DNA of 64,000 bases from Pavona decussata. Its lineage: Eukaryota. The position numbers and the translations under genes were made by a program. Of this stretch, positions 1 through 12,600 are shown in pieces. Below the pieces are notes generated by a model. It searched no databases, was not told the origin of the DNA, and saw only the letters and a list, made by a program, of their open reading frames with translations. Location: NCBI GenBank assembly GCA_977016875.1, contig CDRNST010000318.1:1612001-1676000 (forward strand). Direction: 5' to 3'. Position 1 is the stretch's first letter; each line of letters begins with the position of its first letter.

Positions 1-225
1 CAAAAATGGTAATCAACTAGGTTAGTAAAAGCTGTCTGCAGAACAAAACTAACACAAAGGAAAATTGATTTTTGGTAAACAGTATGCACCACATTATTAC
101 ATCATCAAAAAAGAAACAATAAAACTGTACTTAGTCAACAGAAAAGTGCATTTAACGTGGCATGTTAAGCAACAAATCATCATTAAATTCAGTTGACTGT
201 TATGAATATAAATAATATTGGATAC

Positions 226-416
226 ATTGTTCCAGAAAATATCTCTATCCCTCCCATGGAAGGGTCTTTGGTCTGAACTTCCCCCACCCCCCTGAAAATT
301 CCAAATTTGCTTCACATACTTTTCCTTTACAAACTTTGACTTTTGCAACCCACCCCTCTCCCTCAGAATTGCTATTGACCTTCTGTGAGGGTGATGGGTG
401 GGATATTTTCTGGAAC
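226..416. mobile_element. MITE with TTCCAGAAAATAT terminal inverted repeats (intronic)
   Basis: gttccagaaaatat at the left end and atattttctggaac at the right; related copies at ~38055-38260, ~39270-39457, ~52473-52620 and ~63193-63337. Confidence 0.7.
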
Positions 417-473
417 TCAATAATATGAATCTGCTTACAAAGCCCATAATTCAGGATTGAACAACTGAAATAC

Positions 474-859
474 CTTTGACGTGGTTGACGTGAGAATCGT
501 GGATCTCCAGAACTTCGACCTCCATAGCCCTCGTGCCTAAAATCATCTCGCTTATCATATCTTCTGCTGCTGTCACGGTAACCACCTTCACGACCACCAC
601 GCCTGCCCCCTCTATCTCCCCCACGGTTCCTAGTCTTTGAAATCTCCACTCTCAATTTTCTATCGCCAAGTCGCCTTCCATCCATTGCTCTGACAGCTTC
701 ATTAGCATCACGGGAATCTTCAAACTCAACAAAGGCAAATCCAGGTGGATTACGCGCCACCCATACCTCACACAGAGTGCCATATTTGGAGAAAGTTCTC
801 CATAGTTCCTGTTTGTCACCAGTGTTTCCAAGACCTCCCACATAAACCTTTGTTGACAT
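474..859 (-). CDS. SRSF3: SR-family splicing factor, SRSF3/SRSF7-like (RRM + RG/RS-rich region); first coding exon, gene continues left of the window
   Basis: [11 protein letters not shown]...[21 protein letters not shown] is the SRSF3/7 RRM signature. Acceptor tttctttgtag ends at 865; donor AAG|GTATTT after 474. No CCHC knuckle follows the RRM in this exon, favouring SRSF3 over SRSF7. Confidence 0.85.
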
Positions 860-2539
860 GTCAACTACAAAGAAATGGTTGATTCAAACCGGTTTGAAAA
901 AATGGTATCAAAGGTGGGGGAGGGGGTATACTCTTCAGAATTTTTGTTGGGGGTATGCAGCTTGGTTCTCCAAACCCTGAGCCTCCTTCAGCCCACAATA
1001 TGTTATTTTCCGGTATCCTTTTTCAGACCTGGCCCCTAAAATTCATACCCATTTTCAGACCCGGTTTCTAGAGTCCATACCTGTTTCTGTAAAATACGTA
1101 CCTGTTTTCAGACTTTCAGACCAAAATTGTTAAAATCTATACCCTATTTCACACCAAAATGGCTCAAAAACTATACGCTTTGGTGTAGCACTACTTAACA
1201 CAGTCAAGTCTCGCCTCACAAATAAATAAATGTGTGGAAGTAACTCCTACTATTACAGACTCCCACCATTATGGAATTGGGGACACTTTAGCCTGTGAAC
1301 AGGCTCCCAGGTGGGGTATACGGCGAAAAGAAAAATCAGCGAGCCGGGCGAGCGGCGCGCAGTATGGGGGTGAGAAAAAAAGAAAGCTCCTCCTCTCCGA
1401 GCTTGATTTTTGTCTTCGCCCTAAAACCCCACTTGAGAGCCTGTTCACAGGCTACGGTCACTTCACCTGGTCCCAAACTAACATTTTTTATTGTTTTGCT
1501 CTTGTTCCAATGGACATCTTGGACATATTGAATACCATATTCTAACTTCTCTTTTATCATTATTGTCAACTGAAATGATGACAAACAGAAGAAAATAATA
1601 CATCATTCAATGGCATCCAAGTAGCCTCCCTCGCAGGCGAGCTAAGAAACAGCGTCTGCAAGGGAGGCTAATGTCCAAATTGTCCATTCTGATCTTCAAA
1701 GCACTTCCGCTGCACTATATTTAAATTGCTTTCATGGCATTTTAGTTGATTTTGTCATTTTTAATGTGACTGCCAGACTTGTGCCTTAGTGCAGTTGATG
1801 TTCCTTCTTCTTTAGATTGTAACAATATATAGTGACAACTTACAGTGTGAAATCTGGTCAATTTCACCGTACCCAACTGTTGTGCACTTTCACTATTACG
1901 GCCACCAAAAGATGGTCCCCAGATTGTCTGCTACAGTGAGAGTGGACTGTTTTTAGCTTATCTTAGGGAGTACCCCAAGCTTTAAAGACAGTTTGGAAGA
2001 ATAAATTACCTCACAGGAATGAAATAAAAATTAATAATCAAGTGACAGAACTACTATTTCTATGCAGTCAGCCTTGTTAACTTAATTAGCCAGTTGTTAA
2101 CGCCAATCCACCATAAAATAATAATGTTGAAAGTTGAAAGTATTAAAAATTCAGGAAGCAAGAAATTTCATTATAAAGCTCATATTTCCCTTTGTTGAAA
2201 AAAACAACAGCAATATTATATTGTTAAATCCATCAACTATAATGTTTACATCATAAAAGCGAAAGGGGTTTAGTAGTTCCTGACCATAATAAATATCATA
2301 AGGCTTACTTGTCTTTAAACTTACAAGTTTACAAGTTTCACTTTCAAAACCAAACGAGAATTCATAGACGGTTGAAATTTTCAGGAGTTCAACCTCAAAC
2401 AGCAAAATTTTTAGCAAGATAGCAAATAATCCAACCCACCTGCCTTTGAGAACTGTAAATAATAGTTTAAATCTTGAAAATATTGAAGGTTTACACTGAT
2501 TACTTCTTCGTATGTTTGTACTTTGTAGCACCCTTCACT

Positions 2540-2600
2540 ACAAACGGGAAGTGGAGAGTGTGACGTCAAAGTTTTAGTCACGTGAGTGGATCAGCTGGTA
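2540..2600 (-). promoter_or_regulatory. Putative promoter of the SRSF3-like gene (CRE and E-box)
   Basis: TGACGTCA at 2561-2568 and CACGTG at 2579-2584 lie upstream of a candidate 5'UTR exon donor (CAG|GTGGGT near 2440). Confidence 0.4.
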
Positions 2601-2744
2601 CCTGTTATGCGTTCACACAAGTCGTGAATATTAAATTGCATTGCTTCAATCAGAAGTACCCAACGACCCTTTTAGAGAAAATTAATCGTATATTGCACTA
2701 AACACTAGCTGAGTGTCCCTACGTCAATCTCGGTTACTATTTAA

Positions 2745-5600
2745 CGTTCCTGGGAAAAAAAGTTATTTACATAGAAGAGAAATAACATTGGGCCTAAAAT
2801 GGAGCCCTGAGGTATTCTTGAGCCAACAGGCAGAGTATCAGAGGTTTCATCCAGCACTGTTACACGTTGGTAGCGATCCATCAGGTAAGAGCTAAACCAC
2901 TGCAAGAGGCTGCCTACAAATCCGAACTCGTGAAACGTTTGCAGCAGGCAGCCGTGGTTCACCTTATCGAAGGCCTTAGACATATCCATACAGACACTGA
3001 TACAGATCATGTCCACCTGTTTTCCATCGTCTAGTAAGGAGCCCACGTGGTCCAAAACTTCTAAAAGGTTGGAGATGCATGGTTTCCCTCAAATAAATCC
3101 ATGTTGACAATCTCTTACCCCCCCCCCCCCGGGGGGGGGGGGCACTTGACCCATGTTTAGGTGCAGGGGTGCCGCTGGGGGTTTGAAACCCTGACCCTGT
3201 TTAGGACGAAAATAACCTTAAATCCCTACCCTGTGTAGGACAATGTCCTCAATTTTAAGACCCTATTTAGGACAGAGGACAACATCTAGCTCTTGTGTTA
3301 CACAAGTGTTTATTGGCAATAGTAATAACATTTAAAGGGCCACTGTCACTTACCGGACGTGATTTTCCACGCATTGAAACGCGAATACCAATTACAACCG
3401 ATAAAATAATACACTTCCTAGAAGTGATGGCGGAAAAGTCCCAAAATTTCGCATTAACAGCGGTGAACCTTAAGTGGAAACTCAATTGACGTGAAGCATT
3501 GCTCAGTAAAATAAATGCAGACTAACGTCTCTGATTTCGGATTGCCAAATACTCGACGACAGTCTTGCAACCATACCCTGTCTAGGACGGGTCCGGGACA
3601 GACTCGCTTGAAATTATATACCCTGTTCAGGACAGAGGGGCCAAAAACCATACCCTATCCAGCGGCACGTCCCCATATAGCCCATATAGGGGAGTACCCC
3701 CCCCCCCCCCGGGCTCTTACCACCTCGTACAGTATTTAAATACACATCGCTACAAGACTTTGGATACCAGTGGCAGTAAGGAGACGGGCCTGTAATTCTC
3801 TGTGCACTCGGCCTCACCCTTTTTAAAAACAGGAAGAAGCTGGTGCATTGGCAGCGCTTCCAGATGAAAGGGAGGGGGAGGAGGGGGTGTCATGGCCGAA
3901 AACTGATGCGAAGTAGGAGTTAAACAGATTGGCTATTTCCCGAGGATTTTCAGCTGAAGATCTTAACGGCGTACGACTACCTGGGTCAGTGGATGCATTG
4001 GCTGATATTGGCGTCGAGACTCGATCAGGAATAGTATGCGATTTGGAATTCAGCTTCAATATCGACAAAAAACGCTTTGGGTTTATGTTGAGTTCGGACT
4101 CGACGGAACCAAGAAACTCATCACGGCAGTGTTCCACAGCATGTACTTGTTTTAGCAAGTTTTTTAACTTCTCCCTTAGGTGGCTCGAGGGAGATAGTTT
4201 CAGCTTTTGTCTCATAGATTCGTTTTTCTTGATCAAATTAAGTATGGCACCAGACATCCAAGGTATGGGATTCCGTCCCTTAAGCCTGTTGGTCTGTATA
4301 TAGTCAGAGACCGCTACAAGAAACGTGTCTTTCCATTGATGCCAGTCTATTTATATCGTCATTGGCTATGATCAAAGAGAGGTTAATTGCTGACAGAGCC
4401 GTACACAGACCCTCAAAGTCGCCTTTTGCATAATCGCAGACAAATCTCAGGGTATTTGGTGGAGCTTTTATAAAAGCGTTAAACTGGAAAATAATGACGC
4501 TATGATATGTAAAAACCCCCGTATCTTTTGGAGACAATATATCGGTTACATTGAAACGGTTCGGCACGCTCGTGATTACAAGGTCAAGTATGACCCACCC
4601 ACGAGTGTTTTTTTATTGAGTTGTGTCAAGAGGTGGGCGTGAAGGGTTTCAATAAAGGCTAGTTCGTTAACACCCGATGCGCTGTCAATGGAGTCCCGGA
4701 GGATGTCTGGCAAATTAAAGTCACCCGAAATTAACATATTGTCGAACTGGTTACAAACTTCACGCAGAAAATTATCGAATACATCCATCCAACTTGGGCC
4801 TTCATTGGGTGGCCTATAGAAAAAAAAAACAGAATAAAATTATTTAACCAGTAAGCGTGGTGATTTTGCCAATGTTACAGCTCAGCTTCCGATTCAGGTT
4901 TAAATCCTTTGACAGCTTTTAAGGAGACTGTTTTGATTGCGATAAGAACTCCACCACCACCTCGATCAGACCGATCTCTCCTAAAAATTGTAAAGCCAAA
5001 ATGCATTATTTCAGAGTTGCTGATATTTTGGTTCAACCGTGTCTCATTGACACATAGAACGTCAGAGTTTTCGGCGTACGCCAGGTCCTGAAAGCGAAGT
5101 GAGGTTACACACGGATTGCCAGTTTGTTGTGCTGTCTTTGTGATAACTTTTTAAGCTTCTGGCATTCATCACGAGGCAATTGATCTTATCAGCAGTCGAA
5201 GGAGAAACCGGTCCAGGGTTAGGATTGATTTTACCAGACATCAAAAGGCGAAATTTAGCATCTGAGTTGTTGTTATAACAAACGTGGCACAGTTTCATTA
5301 CATGGCACAGTAACAAGTGTTGAAAATAGCAACGGCTTTCACAGAGTTCTTCGATTGACGACCTGATTCCCTTAACAATGTCAACAATCCATCGAAGGAG
5401 CAATCGTTCTCGGGAAAACGGCAATAAAAATTGTGAGAATGAAATAAGGTAAAACGAGTCCAAGACTAGCGGTACCTCCAAGACTACAGGTCGTTTGACC
5501 ACGAGTCATCCTTCTGTCATGATATCGTTTTAGCCCGTACGCATGCTCAAACCTCAAAACGTACCACATGGGAGACAAAATGACTACATTGTCATATATA
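2745..5600 (-). mobile_element. Degenerate non-LTR retrotransposon (CR1/L2-group, APE endonuclease + RT), 3'-truncated and frameshifted
   Basis: APE motifs CLVMNARSL, VNET, RRDRSDRGGGGVLIAIK, YRPPN and GDFNLPDI; RT motifs QHGF, DMSKAFDKVNHG and PQGSILGPMLFLFYVN. Many stops and frameshifts; breaks off before the YADD motif. Confidence 0.9.
3119..3713. mobile_element. Non-autonomous element with (C)n(G)n / (C)nGGG ends inserted in the LINE RT region
   Basis: Direct repeat CTCTTAC at 3112-3118 and 3714-3720. Removing the element restores the LINE reading LYEVVRDCQHGF. A decayed relative lies at ~913-1190. Confidence 0.8.
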
Positions 5601-6663
5601 TACATGACTGAATCTCAGTTTAAGTCAGTAAGGTGGAACTGAGGTGCCAACGAAAGGGATCTGTCTCATATGGTCTAGGGGCCGACTTTTCTCTCCCTCA
5701 CTGTCTTGTCGGGGACAAGGTATCGGAAAGCATCGCGGAACCATCTCCAGCTGGCATAAGCGAACTGCGGGCCGAAATCTCCTGGTGCATCGTCATGGTA
5801 CAACGCTCCGGCAAAGTGTCCAGAGGTACCGCTGTCGGCTGTATTTGCTCTCTTTTTCATCCATTTTGATATTAAGGCTTGCAAGTCGCCTGAAGACATC
5901 GTAGGGAAAAAAAGCGTTTCACTGTAAAATTGTCGACGGGCCGATTGTGTACTATTCATAGCCCTTGAAAATATAACATCGAAAAATAGATTTACCGCGC
6001 GCATGGGGGATCAAAGCTAGAAAATAAAAGCAGGTGTGGTTTTTAAGGTTAAACATTTTCATATTTCTCGTGGACAACGAAACCAAAACAGGAATAGGCA
6101 CATGCTAAGTTGATCAACCCAAAATTCCATCAGGTCGCATTGGTCACACTTTGCACGTGACAACGTTTTTTCAATAGAGTGTATACGAAGAAGAATACAA
6201 AACAAAAACGCGTTTTATAAATACGGGCTTTATTTAGAACACAAAGCTCGAAGAAAAAGCCAAGCTATTGCAATCCACAGAGTGAACTTACTATTCATAA
6301 TAAAACATAAAAGTTAAAAATCCGCAAAAACTCACTCTGTTACTGGCTAACTTTGAAAAAAAAATCCACTATAATTCTGATTGAAGGGATGATTATTGGA
6401 CGTGTTAGTTCATTCGTTTTTGAAGGAAAAAAAGAGTTCGAGAAAAACGGTTTTCAAATGTTTTGCTTTCACTAGTGTTGGCATAAAGGCATAAAAGGTA
6501 TGCGTTTTCAAACTAAAACAGATTAGCGTGCAGCACTTCAATTTCCCAGTTATTTTCTTCCCGACAAAAATGGTTTCAAAATTCGTGAAAAGTTTTATTG
6601 AAAATGCTAGCTACATGAGCGGTTAATAGATGAGATACAGAAAGCTAATGAGGAGTGGGCGGA

Positions 6664-9600
6664 TTATTGAATGTCCTGTCCATCAAGAAACGAAAGTAAC
6701 TTGTTCAGATCTGGGCAGCTTGATATCATATCGGGATACTTGTGTAAGACCTGCGGACATAAATAAGAAATAGCTACCCTTGGAACCTTGACTTCTCAAA
6801 CTCATTATTAGTTCATGAAAATTAAACAAAGGAAATCAAAACCTCGAAATTTTGCCTTGAATTTCTCCAATAATTATTATTGGTTTAAGAAGATATATCA
6901 AACACTCAGAAGAGTGCTTCGTCCGATTTTCAAACACTTTGAACTTGGTTTAAAAAACCTCTCGATGTTTGCAAATAGGATGAAACAATATTCCTCGTGT
7001 TTGATGTATTATACTTTTCTTATAATGAATCTTTACATCAACCAACTTTCTCTTCATCACAATGTGGCTTCCTCTTACCAAGCTTCATACTTTCTCATAA
7101 TTACAATTTGCTGAATTGCTTGCAACACTTTCGCAACGTTACCCGCAACACGCGTTACCCGCATTGCGCGCAACATAGCTTGCACCGCAGACGGAAGCAA
7201 TCGCCGGTGCCGTGCGTTTTCCCTGTTTGGCACCAATGTCACTTGGGACGTTTTTCCTGGAAATTTGATATTGGACGTTTCATTTTTTTTTTATTGTATT
7301 TCGTCACCCACATAAACAGAGCATATAAAACAAGTTGAAAAGAAATCGTTGCTAATTTCATATCAGTAAATGTGACAAGGAAGCCATATGAAGCTGTAAG
7401 CTTATATGAACAGACTTCCGGAGTAATACAGGACCCGAAGGCATTTTAAAAGGCCCGCTAACACGCAGTACAAAACACAGATTGCTACTCACAAGTCTAA
7501 TCTTTTCCACCAATGCATCTAGACGGCAGATTTCGGCCTCAGCTTTCTGAATATTCCCCTCAAGGACTCGAATCTGATTCAAAATACGATAAATACGGTT
7601 ACATGACTCGAGAACCCGGGTGTTGGAAAACCGATTAAAACTAATCTACGATAAAAAGCTTAACTAAGGTTTTCATCTCGCTCCTAAATGAATCTCAAAA
7701 GCTAATTATATAAGCTGATGATAAAGTAAATTCTAAGTCAAGACTGGGGAACAGTGATATTTTGGAAGAATCCTTATTGATTACTGAGTAATTAAGCTTG
7801 AATCAAAGTTCCCGTTAATCCCGGATTAGCTTAATCGGGCTTTGAACAGCTGGGCCCAGAATAACACAAAGGGAAAGGAGCTTCAAATGGTCGAGTTCGA
7901 TTCTCTTTAACTGACAGCAGAAGTCACGAGACGTAATCATTAAATTGAAACCTTATCAATCGCTGTCTAAAAGGCACCCAACGAAGAAACAATTTTTAAC
8001 AAACGGTTTAAATACTACTTTTAGAATAGATAAAGTCTAACGTCTAGGATTGCTTTTTATGTACTTCAATATCGGCCATACAGCTAATGAATTTACTCCA
8101 ATTTCTCACCTTGAAGCGACTAGGTCTCTGGAGTTTTTCTTCTTTTCCCCACCCCTCCCCTGAATTGAGGACTGATTCATCGCAGTGGGACCAGGGAGAT
8201 AGGAGAGAATTCTTTTGCAGGAGAAAATAAGAGCAAGGGAGGGGGGGGGGGGGGGGGGAGGAAGGATATTTTACCTTAGCATCAGTTCTGTACTTGTATT
8301 CTGTCATGTAGTCCTGTGTCTCCATTCGATATGCTACGGACTTTTCTTTTAACGTTTGTACCTACAGACAAAAACAAAATCAAACCACAAAACGTTTCAA
8401 ACTTTGCTCCGTTTATTGTCAAGATAGGCAGGGAAAATACCAGTAACTCATTTTTTCATCACCTTCTTCTCCAAGTTGAATTTTTCTGCCAGTACTTTGC
8501 CAAGAACCTCTTGTGTTGTGTTAAGATCCGGTTGGGCTTGCGACAGTTCGTCCAGCTTGGCTAGACTTTCTTTAAGTTGTTGTGACAAACTTTCTTTTTC
8601 TCCTTCCAATGCTTTGATCTCATCAGATAAGCGCTTAACATTTTCTGTTAGTTCCTAGTAAGAGAAGATACATAAAGATGAATATTAGCCGTCCGTTGTC
8701 AACAGATATCCTTGTATACGCAATTTCGTGTGCCGGAGAGAAAAATGGCAAAATAAACATCGTCTACAGCTTTTCTGCAATGGAACTGTGGTTTGTTATC
8801 AATGCGTTGAATAATAAACCAATTATCCTGCTCAATCTTACGGAATATGCCCTCGGCGGACAGCCTCGTCGGTTAAGTATGGGGCGATATTTCGCAGGAT
8901 AATTGTTAAACAACGGAGTAAAAAAGAAAATAAAACGTTAATAATAAATAACTGAACGTACTGTTATTCTCTCCTGCTGTTCGACCGTTTTCTCATACTG
9001 TTCTCCCAGAGATTCAAGTTTTGTCCAGGAATATTGTAGATTTTCCTTACTCTCCTCTAATTGTTGTTTTAGTGCAGTTATCTCACTTGACTTTCTTGCC
9101 ATTTCTCGGCGCAGCTTAGTCTCAGAACTTCTGGATTCTTCAAGCTCTGCTATGACTTTTGTCAGGGCCGACTTGTGCTCTTCCTCCAATACGACTCTGA
9201 GCAAAAAGAAAAGATAAAAGCCTTCACTTGTCAGCTACGAAGAAAATAGTGCATCTATGTCTGAACGTCCGTTTCCCTTCCCAGCGGCTCTTTAAACCAG
9301 AATATTTTTCCTATTTATGTAATGTGAAGCGACTAGGAGAGCTACTACTCCCCCCTGGATCGGATGCTACGCTAATACAGAATTACCTTCTTACTAATTT
9401 AGAAGGTTTCCCCAAGAGTTTCCTTGAGCCATTCACACACCCAAGGCCTGGTTGTTTGAAAACCGAGTAGTACCTTCTTTTCTCATGCTTTCACATATTA
9501 AAACTTAAAGTTTGCAATTCAAAACTGATGGAGAGAAAAAGTTAAAGTTAAAGCCTGGGTTCAAAGTTGACACTCATCCCAGTCTAGCGCAATCGTACTT

Positions 9601-12600
9601 TGAACAACCAGCCCCTGCGTGATAAAGCGTCGAATCATTACCACACCTTTCTTCTTGCAGTCTTCGGACGGTATCCTCTGCCTGGACCGAGGGGGCCTGG
9701 CTACTAACCAGTTCTGCCAATTGTTTTAAAGCTTCTTTAAGTCCCAGTGCCTGCTCGGTCAAAGACGGTGGTTTCTCATCAGTTTCGGAAGTCAGTCGAG
9801 AACATTCCAGCTCACTTTCGTGTTCTTCAAAGATGGGACTTAATTTCACGCAAAGATTGTCCACCTGAGAAATGAACAAACAAGTGTAATGTCGCCGCGC
9901 CTGTGTACATCTTGTCAAAGCAAACAGCGCGCAGGACATAGTTATTGTATTATTAATGACTCATTTTGATAAAGTTTTCAGAAATTCAAAGCACAAAACA
10001 CTCGATAGAAAGGACCAAGATTTTATTTTCAGTGTGAGTAGAATGCTGTGGAATATGTGGCAGACGAATTGAACTTCTGGTAAAGTCTTTATTCAAAGAC
10101 AAAGTTTAGCCATTTCGTGAAGTTATATAATGATAACTGTTGATTCAAAAGTTAAGGGGAAAATACCCAACAACAGCCTGTTTTCTGGTCTCTTATGAGT
10201 TTCGCCTGCTGCAATTACCATCTGGATTATTCCGTAGCAGAGAAAATTTCAAACAAGTCATCGTATCACTTACGGTTCGTAACTCTTGCTCGTTGTCTCT
10301 CATTGCTGTCGCTTCCAAAACACTTTGCACCAGTGACTTGGGAGGCGCAAAGTTTCCATCGCTGGGGGGACTTTCCATTTCCGATACCACCGTTTCCACT
10401 TTCTCCTCATTACCCTAAAATCAAAATAAAAGTAGTTTAAATAATAATTTCTCAAACAGTAAGCAATTTAGTCGACGAGAAACATTGTCTTTACATAGCC
10501 GACTGCAGAGTAAATGCGAAGTAGGGATACATTAGGGACGAAACCTTAATACATTATTGGTACGGGAACCCCCTCATGTAAGGTTGTAAGTCGGAAGGGA
10601 TGCAGCCCTTCTGCTCCCCCCCTCCCCCATCGGAAGTTCACTGTGAGTGACGTTTCGCAGTTTACCAAGGATAGCACATTAGTCACCAAAGCCGTGAGTT
10701 ATCTTTACGTCTTTACCTCCTGAAGACAAGGCTGGTTGCCAAGTTTGCAAATCCAGTCGTTGACTAGATCCGAGATCTCACTCAGCTCTTTTGAGGTCTC
10801 TGCTATAACTGCCTCCTGCTGCAAAACAATCCAGTGGGCCTGGGACTGAGTAGCGTCCAGTTCCTCCTGTTTATCTTGCAGAAGGCCCCTGAAAAACAAA
10901 TTTACCACTACTGAGGGGGGTGGAGAGGAAAATCCGCGCTATGCGATAGAGCCCAATGTCATTTTGATAAACAGCAGCAGCTGTCAATAATGAATAAGAT
11001 ATCACCTGTTTAACGCTCTAAATAAAAGATTTTCCGTACAGGCCTCTTTGCGTGACACTAGTATCAGTTCAAAGAGTAGCAAAAAAGCATTTGTCATGGT
11101 TTCGCTTCATAACGAGTTGTATAAAACGACAGTGCCGAATCTGTTCAATTTCCTAGAAGTTTATAATATTAAAGTCGGATTTCTGCGTTTACTACAAACT
11201 ATCTACCTTGAAGCAAAAATACGGGATAATCACTCAAGGCTTGAGAAATCATTCTCAGTTGCTCGTTATAAGAAAAAAAAATGTTGGTCATCGATCCAAA
11301 AAAGTCCGCCCACCCCTCATTCTAATAAAAAGCAACCAGATTCACGGCTCTACAATACAGTTACATGACTGTCTAACTATATATAGCTACCTTGAGTGCA
11401 TCATTTCCTCTACAAGTTCTTCATATTTCGCGGACTTGTTCTTCAACGATGCATCCAATTCTGTCCTCTCCAGATTACTCTGTTTTAACTGAAATATCAA
11501 AATCATATAGTAATCATGACAGATTTGCGGACGTTGTAAAGCTAAAGATGTTGAAAATGGCTTGATCCGGCGTGTTTTGGGACCTTAGAGTCCCCGTACC
11601 TGGCTCTCCATTTCGCTCAGCGTGATTTCAAGGTTTCTTCGTTCTTCTTCAGTGAATTCGTTCACTTCTTGCTGTTGTAACTGTATGTACTACAAAGGAA
11701 ACGATAAAAAACAGAGTTGAAAAATAAGCTTTTTATATTAAACTTTTTTTTTCTAAAAATTGTCAACCGTATTTTTGGATCAGGGTCAAGGCGAAGCCAA
11801 TTGTTTTCCAATATCCTTTGTTGGCCCGAAAATGGCAGAATTTTGTTTCAGTTCAACTAAAAACAATAGGTCTTGTAGCAAGAGCTCGGACGCGACTAGC
11901 CATTCTTAAAGTCTGCTTTGGGAAGAAAGCAGTCAAGTTGACTAATCTACAGCGCAGCTTCCTTTATATTTCTGTAAGTACCCGCTAAACGTGTAAGACC
12001 AGCTAGATTACAATGAGGAGTGCTTATGAGTTATGTGGCGCGAGCGCGCGTGGGACACCGTTCTTTGCGTGTACGAAAACGTTTGAAGACGTCTAGCTTG
12101 TGAAACGAAAACGGCAAAAATGACCACGTGACCACGATTTTCCCGCCTTTTTTCGCGTTTGCCGTTTCTACGTGAAAACAGGTTATTTCGCGTTTGCCGT
12201 CTACGTGAGAACTACGTAATTATTTCTTCCTTTTTTCTTATACATATAAGCACACACAAAGCTAAAGTCCAAAGCTTCACGCTATTTTACGTGAAACGAG
12301 AAACGGCAAGGTCACGTTTGCCGTTTCACGTAAACGCGACGGGTTTAAGGGTTGAAGGTCTGATAGTTTGCTTGTCCAAAAGTTAAAACGGTCAGGTGGA
12401 CCAAAAACTTTGGTTGCGTTTTCAGTGAAAACACAAGCTTGTAACACGCAAACTGAGCCTTCTAAATGCTACCGTGTTGGTGGGGGATCCCTTTAGAACA
12501 AAAACAAACATGTTTATAGTAACAGCCGTTTCCTCATACCTCCATCTGACCCAAGGCGTTTTCAAGATTCATCTTTAAATCAGCCATTTCTCGTTGCTGT

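Noticed and set aside
245-473. C-terminal extension of the 204-aa SR ORF ([10 protein letters not shown]...)
   Set aside because: Read-through past a GT donor into an intron containing a MITE.
5633-6004. Overlapping short ORFs left of the Astrin-like 3' end
   Set aside because: No motifs or splice support; likely the LINE 5' region.
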